NCBI GenBank assembly: GCA_051362555.1
Contig: CM120645.1
Span: forward strand, 124,001 to 188,000
DNA length: 64,000 nucleotides
Source: Lingula anatina
Lineage: Eukaryota > Animalia > Brachiopoda
Direction of reading: 5' to 3'
Numbering within the stretch: the stretch's first letter is position 1; the number at the start of each line of letters is the position of its first letter. A program made the position numbers and the translations under genes. A model generated the notes under the pieces. The model saw only the letters and a list, made by a program, of their open reading frames with translations. It was not told the DNA's origin and did no database searches. Below, in pieces: positions 11,901 to 25,600 of this stretch.

Positions 11901-14757
11901 TGTCCTCTAAAGACACACCAGATCTATGCATCCTATAACAATCTACAGTTTATGTGGGTTTCATGACAATAACAATAAGTATCATTTGGCACCTGCTAAA
12001 AGCTATATATGACTGTTTTACCTTGGACACTGCCACATGGAGCTGGAACAAAGTGTTGACAACTGCAGCATTTCTTCCCTGTCCCTCTGTGCTAGGACTT
12101 ATCACCTGGCTAGCTTCACCATCAGTACATACCTGGCAGACAGATAACACATAGAACATCATCAGTACATACCTGGCAGACAGATAACACATAGAACATC
12201 ATCAGTATATACCTGTCACATAGATAACACATAGAACATCATCAGTATATACCTGTCACACAGATAACATAGAACATCATCAGTATATACCTGTCACACA
12301 GATAACATAGAACATCATCAGTATATACCTGTCACACAGATAACATAGAACATCATCAGTACATACCTGTCACACAGATAACACATAGAACATCATCAGT
12401 ATATACCTGTCACACAGATAACACATAGAACATCATCAGTACATACCTGTCACACAGATAACACATAGAACATCATCAGTACATACCTGTCACACAGATA
12501 ACATAGAACATCATCAGTATATACCTGTCACACATATAACACATAGAACATCATCAGTATATACCTGTCACACAGATAACACACAGAACATCATCAGTAT
12601 ATACCTGTCACACATATAACACATAGAACATCATCAGTATATACCTGTCACACATATAACATAGAACATCATCAGTATATACCTGTCACACAGATAACAC
12701 ATAGAACATCATCAGTATATACCTGTCACACATATAACACATAGAACATCATCAGTATATACCTGTCACACAGATAACACATAGAACATCATCAGTATAT
12801 ACCTGTCACACATATAACACATAGAACATCATCAGTATATACCTGTCACACAGATAACACATAGAACATCATCAGTGTATACCTGTCAGACAGATAACAT
12901 AGAACATCATCAGTATATACCTGTCACACATATAACACATAGAACATCATCAGTATATACCTGTCACACAGATAACACATAGAACATCATCAGTACATAC
13001 CTGTCACACAGATAACACATAGAACATCATCAGTACATACCTGTCACACAGATAACACATAGAACATCATCAGTACATACCTGTCACACAGATAACACAT
13101 AAAACATCATCAGTACATACCTGTCACACAGATAACACATAGAACATCATCAGTATATACCTGTCACACATATAACACATAGAACATCATCAGTACATAC
13201 CTGTCACACAGATAACACATAGAACATCATCAGTACATACCTGTCACATAGATAACACATAGAACATCATCAGTACATACCTGTCACATAGATAACACAT
13301 AGAACATCATCAGTACATACCTGTCACACAGATAACATAGAACATCATCAGTATATACCTGTCACACAGATAACACATAGAACATCATCAGTACATACCT
13401 GTCACACAGATAACATAGAACATCATCAGTACATACCTGTCACACAGATAACACATAGAACATCATCAGTATATACCTGTCACACAGATAACACACAGAA
13501 CATCATCAGTATATACCTGTCACACATATAACACACAGAACATCATCAGTATATACCTGTCACACATATAACACATAGAACATCATCAGTATATACCTGT
13601 CACACAGATAACACATAGAACATCATCAGTATATACCTGTCACACAGATAACACATAGAACATCATCAGTATATACCTGTCACACAGATAACACATAGAA
13701 CATCATCAGTATATACCTGTCACACAGATAACATAGAACATCATCAGTACATACCTGTCACACAGATAACATAGAACATCATCAGTATATACCTGTCACA
13801 CAGATAACACATAGAACATCATCAGTATATACCTGTCACACAGATAACATAGAACATCATCAGTATATACCTGTCACACAGATAACACATAGAACATCAT
13901 CAGTACATACCTGTCACACAGATAACATAGAACATCATCAGTATATACCTGTCACACAGATAACATAGAACATCATCAGTATATACCTGTCACACAGATA
14001 ACATAGAACATCATCAGTACATACCTGTCACACAGATAACATAGAACATCATCAGTATATACCTGTCACACAGATAACACATAGAACATCATCAGTATAT
14101 ACCTGTCACACAGATAACATAGAACATCATCAGTATATACCTGTCACACAGATAACACATAGAACATCATCAGTATATACCTGTCACACAGATAACACAT
14201 AGAACATCATCAGTATATACCTGTCACACAGATAACACATAGAACATCATCAGTATATACCTGTCACACAGATAACACATAGAACATCATCAGTATATAC
14301 CTGTCACACAGATAACACATAGAACATCATCAGTACATACCTGTCACACAGATAACATAGAACATCATCAGTATATACCTGTCACACAGATAACATAGAA
14401 CATCATCAGTATATACCTGTCACACAGATAACATAGAACATCATCAGTATATACCTGTCACACAGATAACATAGAACATCATCAGTATATACCTGTCACA
14501 CAGATAACATAGAACATCATCAATACATACCTGTCACACAGATAACACATAGAACATCATCAGTATATACCTGTCACACAGATAACATAGAACATCATCA
14601 GTATATACCTGTCACACAGATAACACATAGAACATCATCAGTACATACCTGTCACACAGATAACACATAGAACATCATCAGTACATACCTGTCACACAGA
14701 TAACATAGAACAAAATCAATGTAGTCTGCTTTGATTTCATGAACAAAATCTGGATAC

Positions 14758-14831
<74 letters not shown>

Positions 14832-17800
14832 CAGAGAGAGTGTGCACATACCAGCTGTTCACATTTCACAGCAAACAACTTGACAGTTTTGGCCACATTC
14901 CTTGCTATGGTAACACTCAGTCCATTGTCCACACTGGCCACATTTAACTCACTGGAACAAGAACTTCATTTCATTTCTCCTAGCTTTGAACTTGTTTTCT
15001 TCTTTTAAATTTCCAGACACAAAGCTACTCGAGACTTGCCATTTTGCACTTATATATATCACATACCAATATTGACAAAAATGTCTTGTGGCAGAATCTA
15101 GTAAAATCATTCACAAACAAATGCTAGACTAAAGTAAAAATAATTTGCTGCAATAACCTTGATATAGTTTTGACGATGCTGTCCACTTCTTCAGCAGTGG
15201 GAGGGTAGAAAGTGCTGCCAGAGAAGACCAGGTTGATGGGATCAAACAGCCGTGAAAGTGATCTTGAGATGTAGGCGGTCTCAAAGGTCGACAGCGACTC
15301 CCTCAGGGCGTGCTCAGGACTGACACAATGATAACAGATATTAATATGAACCTAGTCACTTGTCAAACATTGGTGTAAAGGTACAGAGAGACTTTTGAGT
15401 CATGGGCATTAGTAATTAAGGCATTGTACACACAGCTATACAGCATAATGGAAAAAACTTGTTTTCAAATATAAAAAATAATTATGACAGTACTAACAGT
15501 ATTAAATACATCCATAGTTAACATGACATTGAATACTTCCTGGTGCCTAAAACACTTTGCAATGGCAGACGAAAATAACATGGAACCTTATTTTCAATGG
15601 TTTGATTTGGTTTAGAAATATTATCAGCGTTTTAGCCTAAAACACAGTATTACTAGAATGCTGTCAGAGCAGCCTACTTGAATTCAGTCTCTTCCTTCGC
15701 CTTCTCACTGAACATATCTTCCTCTAGCGCTGTCCTCATGGGGACGTCAGGTGCGCTGCTGGTCACATTCATATTAGCGCTGAACTGCTGGAGCCTCTTC
15801 CACAGCTCATTGTACAGTCGCAGGAGTTTAGGATACTCCCCTTCAAATGCCTGCTTTAGGAAGGTGGAGGCTGACAGAAGAATTAAGATAAAAAACACCA
15901 GTCACTACTGTGAACAAAAGATTTAAGTACTGAGCTACCCTTTTTTACAAATCAATTTATTTAAGTAATTAGTTATTTTAGGCACTTTCCTTCAAAGGCC
16001 AGATTCAGCAGTGCAGATGTTGAAAAAATAAAACTTTTTACATCACATTGCTTTTCAATAAGAGTCTCCTGATGTTAATGACTGTGCATATTTTTCAGAA
16101 TCCAAGATCAAACATCCAATAATGAACAGGGGCAGGGGAAGGGTGGGTGCAGGGGAAGGGTGGGGGCAGGGGAGGGGTGGGGGCAGGTGAGAATTAATTT
16201 ACAGGACACCTGTCACATTGTCCAGACAGCAGTCAATTAGTAAAATATAACAACTGTTGCAAAGCCAGCATGTTAGCTTCATTAATGTTTTACTTATGTA
16301 CAAATTATTTTTGAATCTTACTTAAGAAGTTAAGACTGTTTCACATATCATTTTATAAAATACAAAAAAGTAAAGGATGTGTATTATCAGATTTGTATCA
16401 CAATATTTAACCCACCATTTGAGGCACTGGTGAATTCTTCTTTCAGCATACAGGTCACCATGACCCAGAACGACTGCATTATATTGACTGGACCTTCCTG
16501 GAATATATATTACATACTTTAGTATTACATATAGTCATATTGATATACTGTATCATATTGACTGGACCTTCCTGGAAAATATATCACATTTGCTTGTATA
16601 ACATTACAGTCATATTGATATACTGTATTATAGTCACTGGACCTTCATAGGAAATATGTCATGCAGTCATACTGATGAATTCAAATATAAACTCACCATA
16701 CATTTTATTCACTATGTAGTCAAAATCAAAATGCAATTATCAAAATATGAAATACTGGGCTTAAACAGCTGGCTGTTAAGAAACTGACCATGTAACTCCA
16801 GTAAAATCCATCACAACAATACAGAGATATAAGGTGTATCACCTTTGCTAACTTTTCAATAAAGCAGACATATATCATATATAGATATAAGGTGTATTAC
16901 CTTTGATAGCTCATCAATAAAGCAGACATGCGTCACAGGGTCCTTCTTCTTTACAAGAACTTTCTGTAAATGCTGCACCTAGAATTAAAAAATATCTCTT
17001 TTTAACTACCAAGGAAAAATCCAAGTTAAACACAAACCAGAAAATCCATTAATTTAGAAGCAGTCTGAAGCATAATATAATATAATATTTTACTTTTAAC
17101 ATACCACAGACTGAAATAAACCATATTATTAAACACCCTGTAACTATGTCAAACTGACCTGGGCACAAGCTGAGTATATATTGTCCATCAACTTCTCCAT
17201 GTTTGTCCACAGATTGGCCCTGAACATGGCTGTGTTTCCTGTGGCAGGGATAGCTGCTTTACCAGGCCCTCCAGCTGGATATATAACAATATACAGTCAA
17301 TATCACATACAGTCCATAAGTAAACCCTGAACATGGATATGTCACTTAAAGTCACTTAGCAAAGTTGGAAATCTGCCAACAGTCAGAATATATATAAATA
17401 AATATATATCATATTCCTGTAAGAGGCCCTGACCTTTTCCATGTGTCTGTTGCTGCGACAGAGCGCTGACATCCACTGCCATCTTGATGTTGTTCTGCAG
17501 GTTCATCTTACAATCCTCTATCACCTTGGTAACCGTGTGGTGTAGAGAACCAAGATTATGGAACACCTGTAAACTAGTAGCTACCTGGGTCTGGTTCTGT
17601 AAACATAGCAACAATTTCTGTTTATTTACATTTAAATTAATACTCTTGGCCAATTACTAAAGAAGAAAATGTAGTAGGTATTTACTTTATCCAGGATTCC
17701 TTGTGAACAGAAAAATCTTATACAAGTAGAAACCACTGCTCCAATATCTCTCACTTGTCTCATTTTTATTTTATATTGGTGAAAATTAATTACTTTTCAA

Positions 17801-20800
17801 CATCTTCTTTGTACATCAAAACAGGTAAATCTGTATCCCACTGTAAGTCATTTCATCCCCTGTGTAACTGACGAGTAGTAGGGTGTGGCTTATAATAACT
17901 TGGCCATAAAGCACAAATGTACCATTACATTGTAGCACATACTATTTTGACAAGTGATTGACAGAAAAAAGTTCAACATGAACTCTCCTGCTTGAGTGTA
18001 AGGTGGTCAGCAGATCATTATTAAAAGTTTTGTTTCATTTCTTTCATTTCAATTTCTTGTTGTTGTAGTCAAGTTGTCAAAGTTATAATGAAGTTGTTAT
18101 CTAGTTTTTCAAAAAAGTTGTTATCAAGCCGTCATCAAGTGTATTTAACTTGAAAGTAACAGTGTTAAGACAACACCCATAGGTTACCTGTGTCTCCATT
18201 CCCTGCTCTAACATCTTCTGAGCCTGAGCCTCCACTTCCTTCCTGGCTTGCTTGATAAACCTCCTGTCAGACTCTACTACATCTATGCCAGAGAGATCTA
18301 CACCCTCAGAGAGATAATCTAGGAGAAAACAGGCACTTTAATATTGGACAGATCTACCAGCTCAGAGAGATAATCTAGGAGAAAACAGGCACTTAAATAT
18401 TGGACAGATCAACCAGCTCAGAGAGAATCTGGGAGAAAACAGCCACTTTAATACTAGCAGATCTACCAGCTCAGAGAGAATCTGGGAGAAAACAGGCACT
18501 TTAATACTGGACAGATCTACACCCCAGAGAGGTAATCTGTATATTTAATATGGAATGTGAATCACATTTCTTTATAATGTTGTATTTTTGACTTTCAGAC
18601 AATGACCAAATGAACTGTGTGACTTTAACCTGTTAGCTCTGTGCAAACTATGTGGAAAACAATGGTATGGTGACCGAATATAAAATAGGTCCTTTTTTTC
18701 ATGGGAGTCCAAATCTCATGGGTATAAAAATGAAGATTTTCATGATTTCTTTTTCATTCTTTCACTCACTATTTTATCATCAAACTTTTAAATATTTCCA
18801 ATATATTTTTAATAAAGTATCCTAAAAGGGAAGGTGTTGAAATGATCATCAATTATTAAATAGATAGCTTTTTCAAAGGGGAGTTTTTGGGTGATAAAAT
18901 GCACATTTTTAATTTTCTTATTTTTCATGTTTTTTAGTTTTTTCACCCAATATTTTACAGTAAAACTTTCAAATATTTCTAATATAATCTTCATAAAGTA
19001 AAAGTTAAGGAAAGGTGTTGAAATTATCATCATATATTAAATAGATAGCTTTTTCATAGGGGAGTTATTGGGTGATAAAATGCACATTTTTTTTAATTTT
19101 CTTATTTTTCATGTTTTTTTTTAGTTTTCTTCACCCAATAGTCCACCATCAAACTTACAAATATTTCCAATATAATCTTCATAAAGTAAATTTAAAGGAA
19201 AGGTGTAGAAATGATCATCCAATATCAAATAAATAGCTTTTTCATAGGGGAGGCAATGGGCGGTTAAGTGCACATTTTTAATTTTCTTATTTTTTCATGA
19301 AAATATTCACCTGCAAACTAAAAAAGTGCCAATGTATCCTCCATTTTACATACTACAAGATCACAGTCATATACTCAAATAAAATAAGATTTATGAAGTT
19401 TTGTGGAGGGGGAGTCAAATTTTCATGGGGGGAGTCAGATTTTCATGTTACACCGGGCCTCAGAGGCCCGGTTTCCAGGACATGGGACTAACTTTTCCAA
19501 AAGTAAATTATTTCAAAACTAATTATTTATCCACTGATGGGGTATAAGTTGCTTGAGGATTACATGAAAGGTACAGGCTCAAAACCTCATGCGAACGAAG
19601 AGAGAGCAAAAGATACATGGGTCCGGGCCTGCGAGGCCCCTGAAAGGTGGATGAGGGTTAATTTTTAACTTCAAAATTTGCACCATGAATATGTCAGATT
19701 CAGGCAACAAGGCATTTAACAAGGCCAGTTTAACTGCAAACCTATAAATCCTAGCAATTGTTATAGAAAAAAGCAAATATTAAATAAATAACTGGTTTGT
19801 ACCTAACTCATTGAGGCTTTGTGCTGCCTTGGTGATTTCTCTGGCACCTCCTTGTAGTTGACCATGCAGCCGTTTACTCAGGTACAAAATTCTGATGATC
19901 CTGCGCAGTAAATCACATGTCTCCTGTAGTCTCCGCAACTGTGATGTCCTAGTGATGATTTTAGTGTATGGTTCCACCACCTTGCCCCGTATCCTGTAGA
20001 AAGAGAAAAAAGATTTTGATGTACTTTTTTTCATTAAAACTGTACCAATTTCTTTCACGTACACAATGTGTTAGCATGGGATATGTTTGCAAGCATTTAT
20101 CTGACTTTGTTGTAGCTGGTAATATTCTCATTACATGGTTCAAGTACTCTGCCCATAGATTGCCTAAACATTTTTAACCTTGCAATGTGTTCTAAATAAA
20201 TTCAGCTACCTGGTTGTCCTTAAAACCACATACCTCTCTACAGCAGAAAACCACATACCTCTCTACAGCAGAAAACCACATACCTCTCTACAGCAGAAAA
20301 CCACATACCTCTCTACAGCAGAAAACCACATACCTCTCTACAGTAGAAAACCACATACCTCTCTACAGCAGAAAACCACATACCTCTCTACAGTAGAAAA
20401 CCACATACCTCTCTACAGCAGAAAACCACATATCTCTCTACAGTAGAAAACCACATACCTCTCTACAGTAGAAAACCACATACCTCTCTACAGTAGAAAA
20501 CCACATACCTCTCTACAGTAGAAAACCACATACCTCTCTACAGCAGAAAACCACATACCTCTCTACAGCAGAAAACCACATACCTCTCTACAGCAGAAAA
20601 CCACATACCTCTCTACAGTAGAAAACCACATATCTCTCTACAGTAGAAAACCACATATCTCTCTACAGTAGAAAACCACATACCTCTCTACAGTAGAAAA
20701 CCACATCTCTCTCTACAGTAGAAAACCACATACCTCTCTACAGTAGAAAACCACATATCTCTCTACAGTAGAAAACCACATACCTCTCTACAGCAGAAAA

Positions 20801-22621
20801 CCACATATCTCTCTACAGTAGAAAACCACATACCTCTCTACAGTAGAAAACCACATATCTCTCTACAGCAGAAAACCACATACCTCTCTACAGCAGAAAA
20901 CCACATACCTCTCTACAGTAGAAAACCACATACCTCTCTACAGTAGAAAACCACATATCTCTCTACAGTAGAAAACCACATATCTCTCTACAGTAGAAAA
21001 CCACATACCTCTCTACAGTAGAAAACCACATACCTCTCTACAGTAGAAAACCACATACCTCTCTACAGTAGAAAACCACATACCTCTCTACAGTAGAAAA
21101 CCACATACCTCTCTACAGTAGAAAACCACATATCTCTCTACAGTAGAAAACCACATACCTCTCTACAGTAGAAAACCACATATCTCTCTACAGTAGAAAA
21201 CCACATACCTCTCTACAGCAGAAAACCACATATCTCTCTACAGTAGAAAACCACATATCTCTCTACAGTAGAAAACCACATACCTCTCTACAGTAGAAAA
21301 CCACATACCTCTCTACAGTAGAAAACCACATACCTCTCTACAGCAGAAAGCAGGGATTGAATCCGTGTCTGCATCATCTGCAAAACTCCTTAAAAAGAAT
21401 AATATTTCTTATGCTTAATAGTTTTGGGAGTTGGATCTCTTTCATAAGTATATTGATTTTATTATTTCACCTCCTAAAGCATTTTATTTAGTTCGTAATC
21501 AAGCACTGTATCATCTTTACAATACAGGGACAATTCACTCTTCATACTTCTTACCAAGTACCCAAATAACATAATACAAAAAACATGAAAGCAAATGTTT
21601 AGATTCATCCAGTTAATATATAATTTATACTAAGATAATGAGAAAATTAAATCAAATACTGGACTGAGACATTTCAACCTTATCACAAGGTCTTCTTTTG
21701 GTTAATTTTCTCATTACCTTATTTTACCAATAATTTACAAGAAGCACATTACATAGAAATACATTTTTTTACCTTCCAAAGTCTCAACTCCTGTTGCTTG
21801 AGATAACAAGTCTTCATGGTGAGCCACAACCTGACACATAAAACATACATAATTTGAGCTAAAGTGGCGTGTGCTTGCATGTGTGTACATGTACTAGTAT
21901 GTGTGTGTGCGTAATATGATTGTGAGTCATTAATGCTGAGGCATACAAGAAGTGCAGAGGGAGACAGGGAAAAGTGAGGTTACTATGAAAGTCGCTGATA
22001 TTGAAATTTATATACATATATATTCTGAGGTAAAGAAAAGAAGAAATGCATCTAGAGACCTAGTGTATATACCTGTGAATGTAGTTCTCTATCGAGCAGA
22101 CTTATTCCCTCTGCCAACTTTCCCAGCTGTTGTGTTATTCCCACTCCTGCTTGTATAGCCTGGTTGGCATACGTCTTCACATCAAACTGTTCATGCAGGA
22201 ATTCCTTGAAAGAATCTGGGGCACAAAAAGAAAGAAAACCAAAGGGTATAAGTTTTGGTAAATGAAAACAAAACAGTAATGCCTTGAACTTAAGACTTGT
22301 TATTGACAAACACACAAATCCGACGGAAATAAATAAAAGAGAAAGTATTCAATATTTTTTAATAAACGTGTGATTTTTTTTAATAAACGCCCCTAGTGTT
22401 CTAATGAAGTTCAGCAAGTTCAAAAGATGTGACACGCTGGCAAGGATTTATCTGCGACTAATTATTTCAAACGCAGCCATTTAAATTGCATTTATTGAAT
22501 CATAAAAAGGAAAGCATATGCGTATACAGCACTCTTTATTTAACTTAAAAGAAAATGCTTAAATAGTCAAAATAAAAATATTACCATCTTGGTCAAGCCG
22601 GCCGAAGAGATTCTCCTCCAT
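5938..22621 (-). CDS. COG5: Conserved oligomeric Golgi complex subunit 5, 21 exons, about 808 aa
   Basis: Exons: 22621-22585, 22215-22073, 21830-21773, 21388-21334, 19993-19803, 18318-18188, 17596-17434, 17274-17159, 16978-16901, 16497-16416, 15870-15678, 15319-15158, 14951-14852, 12132-12022, 10635-10573, 10273-10170, 9958-9827, 9424-9239, 8968-8842, 6650-6571, 6052-5938. All GT-AG, phases consistent, 2427 nt total. COG5 motifs: [76 protein letters not shown]. Confidence 0.96.
6022..6240. repeat. 54-bp tandem repeat (4 copies) containing the acceptor of the last COG5 exon
   Basis: Minus-strand unit ...aattaactatttccag|GGGCACACTTGAGTCCTATGTGCAGACTGTG. Confidence 0.93.
6897..8917. repeat. 79-bp tandem repeat (~25 copies) = 3' end of COG5 exon 19 + donor
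   Basis: Unit ctggcaaacagaaagtgtaaggcagtactatagggtcctatatcttacctgatgtggactacgtaattcctgaggacct. The terminal copy is the coding exon end (…[14 protein letters not shown]|gtaag). Confidence 0.96.
9603..9900. repeat. 94-bp tandem repeat (~3 copies) = 3' end of COG5 exon 17 + donor
   Basis: Three copies of ...ttacctacctgtccatgataaagtcagtacagttgaactgtgtcagataatctg... Confidence 0.92.
10858..11387. repeat. ~48-bp intronic minisatellite (~11 copies)
   Basis: Unit agtccatgtcaagatatccattactgttacatactgttgataaaactt. It does not overlap a modelled exon. Confidence 0.93.
11388..11940. repeat. 56-bp intronic minisatellite (~10 copies)
   Basis: Unit acagggctttgtcctctaaagacacaccagatctatgcatcctataacatcctata, directly abutting the previous array. 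Confidence 0.93.
12119..14711. repeat. 38-40-bp tandem repeat (~65 copies) containing the acceptor of COG5 exon 14
   Basis: Minus-strand unit atgttctatgtgttatctgtgtgacag|GTATGTACTGATG. The terminal copy is the real exon start ([10 protein letters not shown]). Confidence 0.96.
14760..14840. repeat. (TG)n followed by (AG)n microsatellite
   Basis: Directly visible. Confidence 0.95.
18293..18540. repeat. ~55-bp diverged tandem repeat (4-5 copies) containing the acceptor of COG5 exon 6
   Basis: Repeated agatctaccagctcagagagataatctaggagaaaacaggcactttaatattggac. On the minus strand this is gttttctcctag|ATTATCTCTCTGAG. Confidence 0.88.
18770..19300. repeat. ~180-bp AT-rich tandem repeat (~3 copies), possibly inside a non-autonomous element ending ...catgttacaccgg (~19456)
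   Basis: Three copies of aaggtgttgaaatgatcatc...aaatagatagctttttca.aggggag...gcacatttttaattttcttatttttcatg. Confidence 0.75.
20222..21349. repeat. 25-bp tandem repeat (~45 copies) = 3' end of COG5 exon 4 + donor
   Basis: Minus-strand unit TTTCTGCTGTAGAGAG|gtatgtggt. The terminal copy encodes ...LSAVER. Confidence 0.96.
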
Positions 22622-25600
22622 CTTGATGACCTTGACCGGATTTTATGACTGCAAGCTGCAAAGTCGTCTCTTTTTCATTGTAACTTATTAACTCCTCTGC
22701 ATATTTGTAGAAAGGTCTAAGTTTAAATGATTTATTATTTTTAAATAAGCATTAAATTTCTAAATATTTTCTAACAATCAAATAGTCATGGATATTTTAT
22801 AATTATCAATATCGGCAGTGTACGCGCGTACAAGCGAGTTGCCGCAACACTCAACAGTAGGACACATACTGTCAGGATTTAGGTGTGATTTGAAACGTCA
22901 TGGATTTTTTGGTACATCCGCGTCACGAAATAGCGCCAAAAAAGCGGCGCGATGAAAAATCCGTAGGTCTGAAATAAATAAACTTTGCGAAAAAACTACA
23001 GTGAATTGACTTTCCATGTTTTAGAGACTAAACGAGGAGTTATCCGTCTATTGAAAAACTGTAAGCTTTTGTCAATGCAGTGTACAGAGTTACAATTATT
23101 TCTCTCCGAATCAAGAAAACTGAAAATTTTACGTGTCCGAAAATGCTTTTGTATAGCGAGGGACTATATTGCGAGGAAATTGTTTCCAAATACGAAATTG
23201 GCTTAAAATTGATAAAATGGTCGAATATATATCCAGGTTTTCGATTTTGAAGGGAATTTCCCGCACACTCTCTGGTTAAGAAGTCTCGACAGAAAATCCG
23301 AAAAGTTGTGAAAAAACAGAGCAAAATTTCTCCCCTGAGGCACCTCCGATAAAAGTGCACATCTCATTCATTTCCCGAACTTAAAATTACGTTTATTCAT
23401 CCAAAAAAGTTATTGACTAACCTCAATTTTCACGCAAAGCAATGATGTTCCATAACTTGCTACGACAGTATTTTTTTGACCTTGAACTGTGGAAGTTCAA
23501 AAAAGTCATGTGATACAAATCATGTGACGCACAGATTTGGGTGCTAAAATGCACCTTTATAGACCCATATTAAGTCAAATATAAGTTTAAGAAACAGAAT
23601 AAACATTTCTTTTATCAAAGACCAAAAACTTAATACAAATTTAGTAAATTTACCGAAATCCCGCCCACTAAACGAGAGGTGAACTGAGGTGCTTTCCAAC
23701 GAAACCCCGCAATTTACCACGAGGCAGGGACAGGTGAAGTAGGTTGTGCGGCAAGTTATGATTTTTATCCTTGCTGAAATATGGAACCCACATATTTATA
23801 GCATGTCAGAGACTCATTATCAGGTACGTATGCAAATTATTTAGATTTTAAAATATAAATAAATGTTTTTTATTACGAGAAATGTGCTAGTTTCGCTCCA
23901 CTACATACTGTACATAATCAAACACATTTGTTATACATTGTATCTTGTAGATTTGTTGTTAAAATGTGCACCGTGTGACCGACGCAGGCTCATTCAGAGT
24001 AATCTAACTCCGACTACAGTTCAGTTTAATAATAACTTTTGATCTAGTGTTATTTAGAATACTAATATTACATAACGACATATGTGCCTTAATTAGTACG
24101 TACGTGTACTGTAGCTGTATAACGTAGCATTGCGAGCACCTGTCATGTGAAGCATAGATAATGTGCTTGAGAGTTGTATATATTGATTGAATTATGAATA
24201 CATCACCTTTTATTTGTAATAATTAGCAATAGATCAGGGGAGTATTTGGCAAGATTTAACATTTCCCTTGTCTTATTTTCAGGCTGATAAAAATTTAAAA
24301 ACTTTCTAACATTGATGTAAGGAAAAAGATGTTTGGATATACATGTAGAATGGTAGAAGTATTTATGTACTATGAGCTTTTTTCATGATCAGTTAACACT
24401 CATTTTTAGTATAAAGGTCAATTTGAAAGTGTAGGGTTTATTTTATAAATCATTGAAAATTTCAAAATCAATGACTTGCTAGTACAGGTATGAAAATGAA
24501 AGTTGAGACATTTATACACCATACTCGCTTACTGTTGAAGTTGTAGATTTTTTACTTAAGTTAAAATGAAGTAGATCTATTGGATAATGTCATATGGTTC
24601 TAAGATCAACAGTAATAAAGGTTTAAAATATAATCCATTTTCTGTTTTTTTGTATGAAAAAAGATAAAGCCAGTATTTATTATTTTATAATGTGAGTTCC
24701 TAGACTTGTGTTAGTTAAGTACCACTTGGACATATCTTCCGACCCTCTCTCATTGTTAGTCAATTTTTTTTATGTTAAATTGACCTATATATTGAAAAGG
24801 GGTGTAAACAGATTGTTTTTATTTTTAGTTGCATGGAATTGTAAATTCTGAATTTATTCTGATTTTTTTTTCCAGATAAAAGAAGAACAGTTTTTTCAGA
24901 TATTACAGAATGTCTGCCAGGCTTTGAAGTGCCCTGAAAAGTGATCACGATGATATGCTGCAGCATTATCATGCATTCCTATTAGTCATATTAAAAAAAA
25001 CTGTCACCAAGCCCTTAGTGAAAATTGGTTATCAAAGTATTCTTTGGCAGCACTTACATTTTTTGAAACATAAAAAATTGAATTTTTAAAAAGAAATATG
25101 ACTTTGGTGGTATTTCTTTAAGATAATTGGATGGCAGTGTTGCAAACAAGTGTTATTATGGACACATTTTTTCTAATTGGACTCCCAGGAGCCAGGCTGC
25201 TTTTCACATTCAAACAAGAATTTAAAAAGAAAAAAAATGTCAGAATAGTAAAAGAGGTATTTTGAATATATTTACAGTCCACATCCATTTATATCCAGTA
25301 TATAATGCCTGGTGTTCACAAATACAGGTAGAGCCCTTTTAGGAAGCAAGTTACATACAGTGTATTCCCATATTTTGATATCAGATATCAAATACAAGCA
25401 TATGAAACTGTTTTGAATAAAGACATAAATTTTCCTTGGTGATCAGCATATTTTTCTCTTATTTCAAGTCTTAAAAGGATAGCTAATGTATTTTGAGATA
25501 ATGCATTTGAAGATGGAACATGTATGAATATTTCTTCAGCAAAAAAAAAAAAAAAAAAAAAAAAAGATAGGAAAGTCATTAACCTAGTGCAATGAAAGTG

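Noticed and set aside
19555-19660. GC-richer intronic patch as a possible snoRNA
   Set aside because: No convincing C/D or H/ACA box arrangement could be established by eye.
6897-21349. Tandem arrays as CRISPR arrays
   Set aside because: No unique spacers, no cas genes, eukaryotic intronic context; the units are head-to-tail copies of host sequence.
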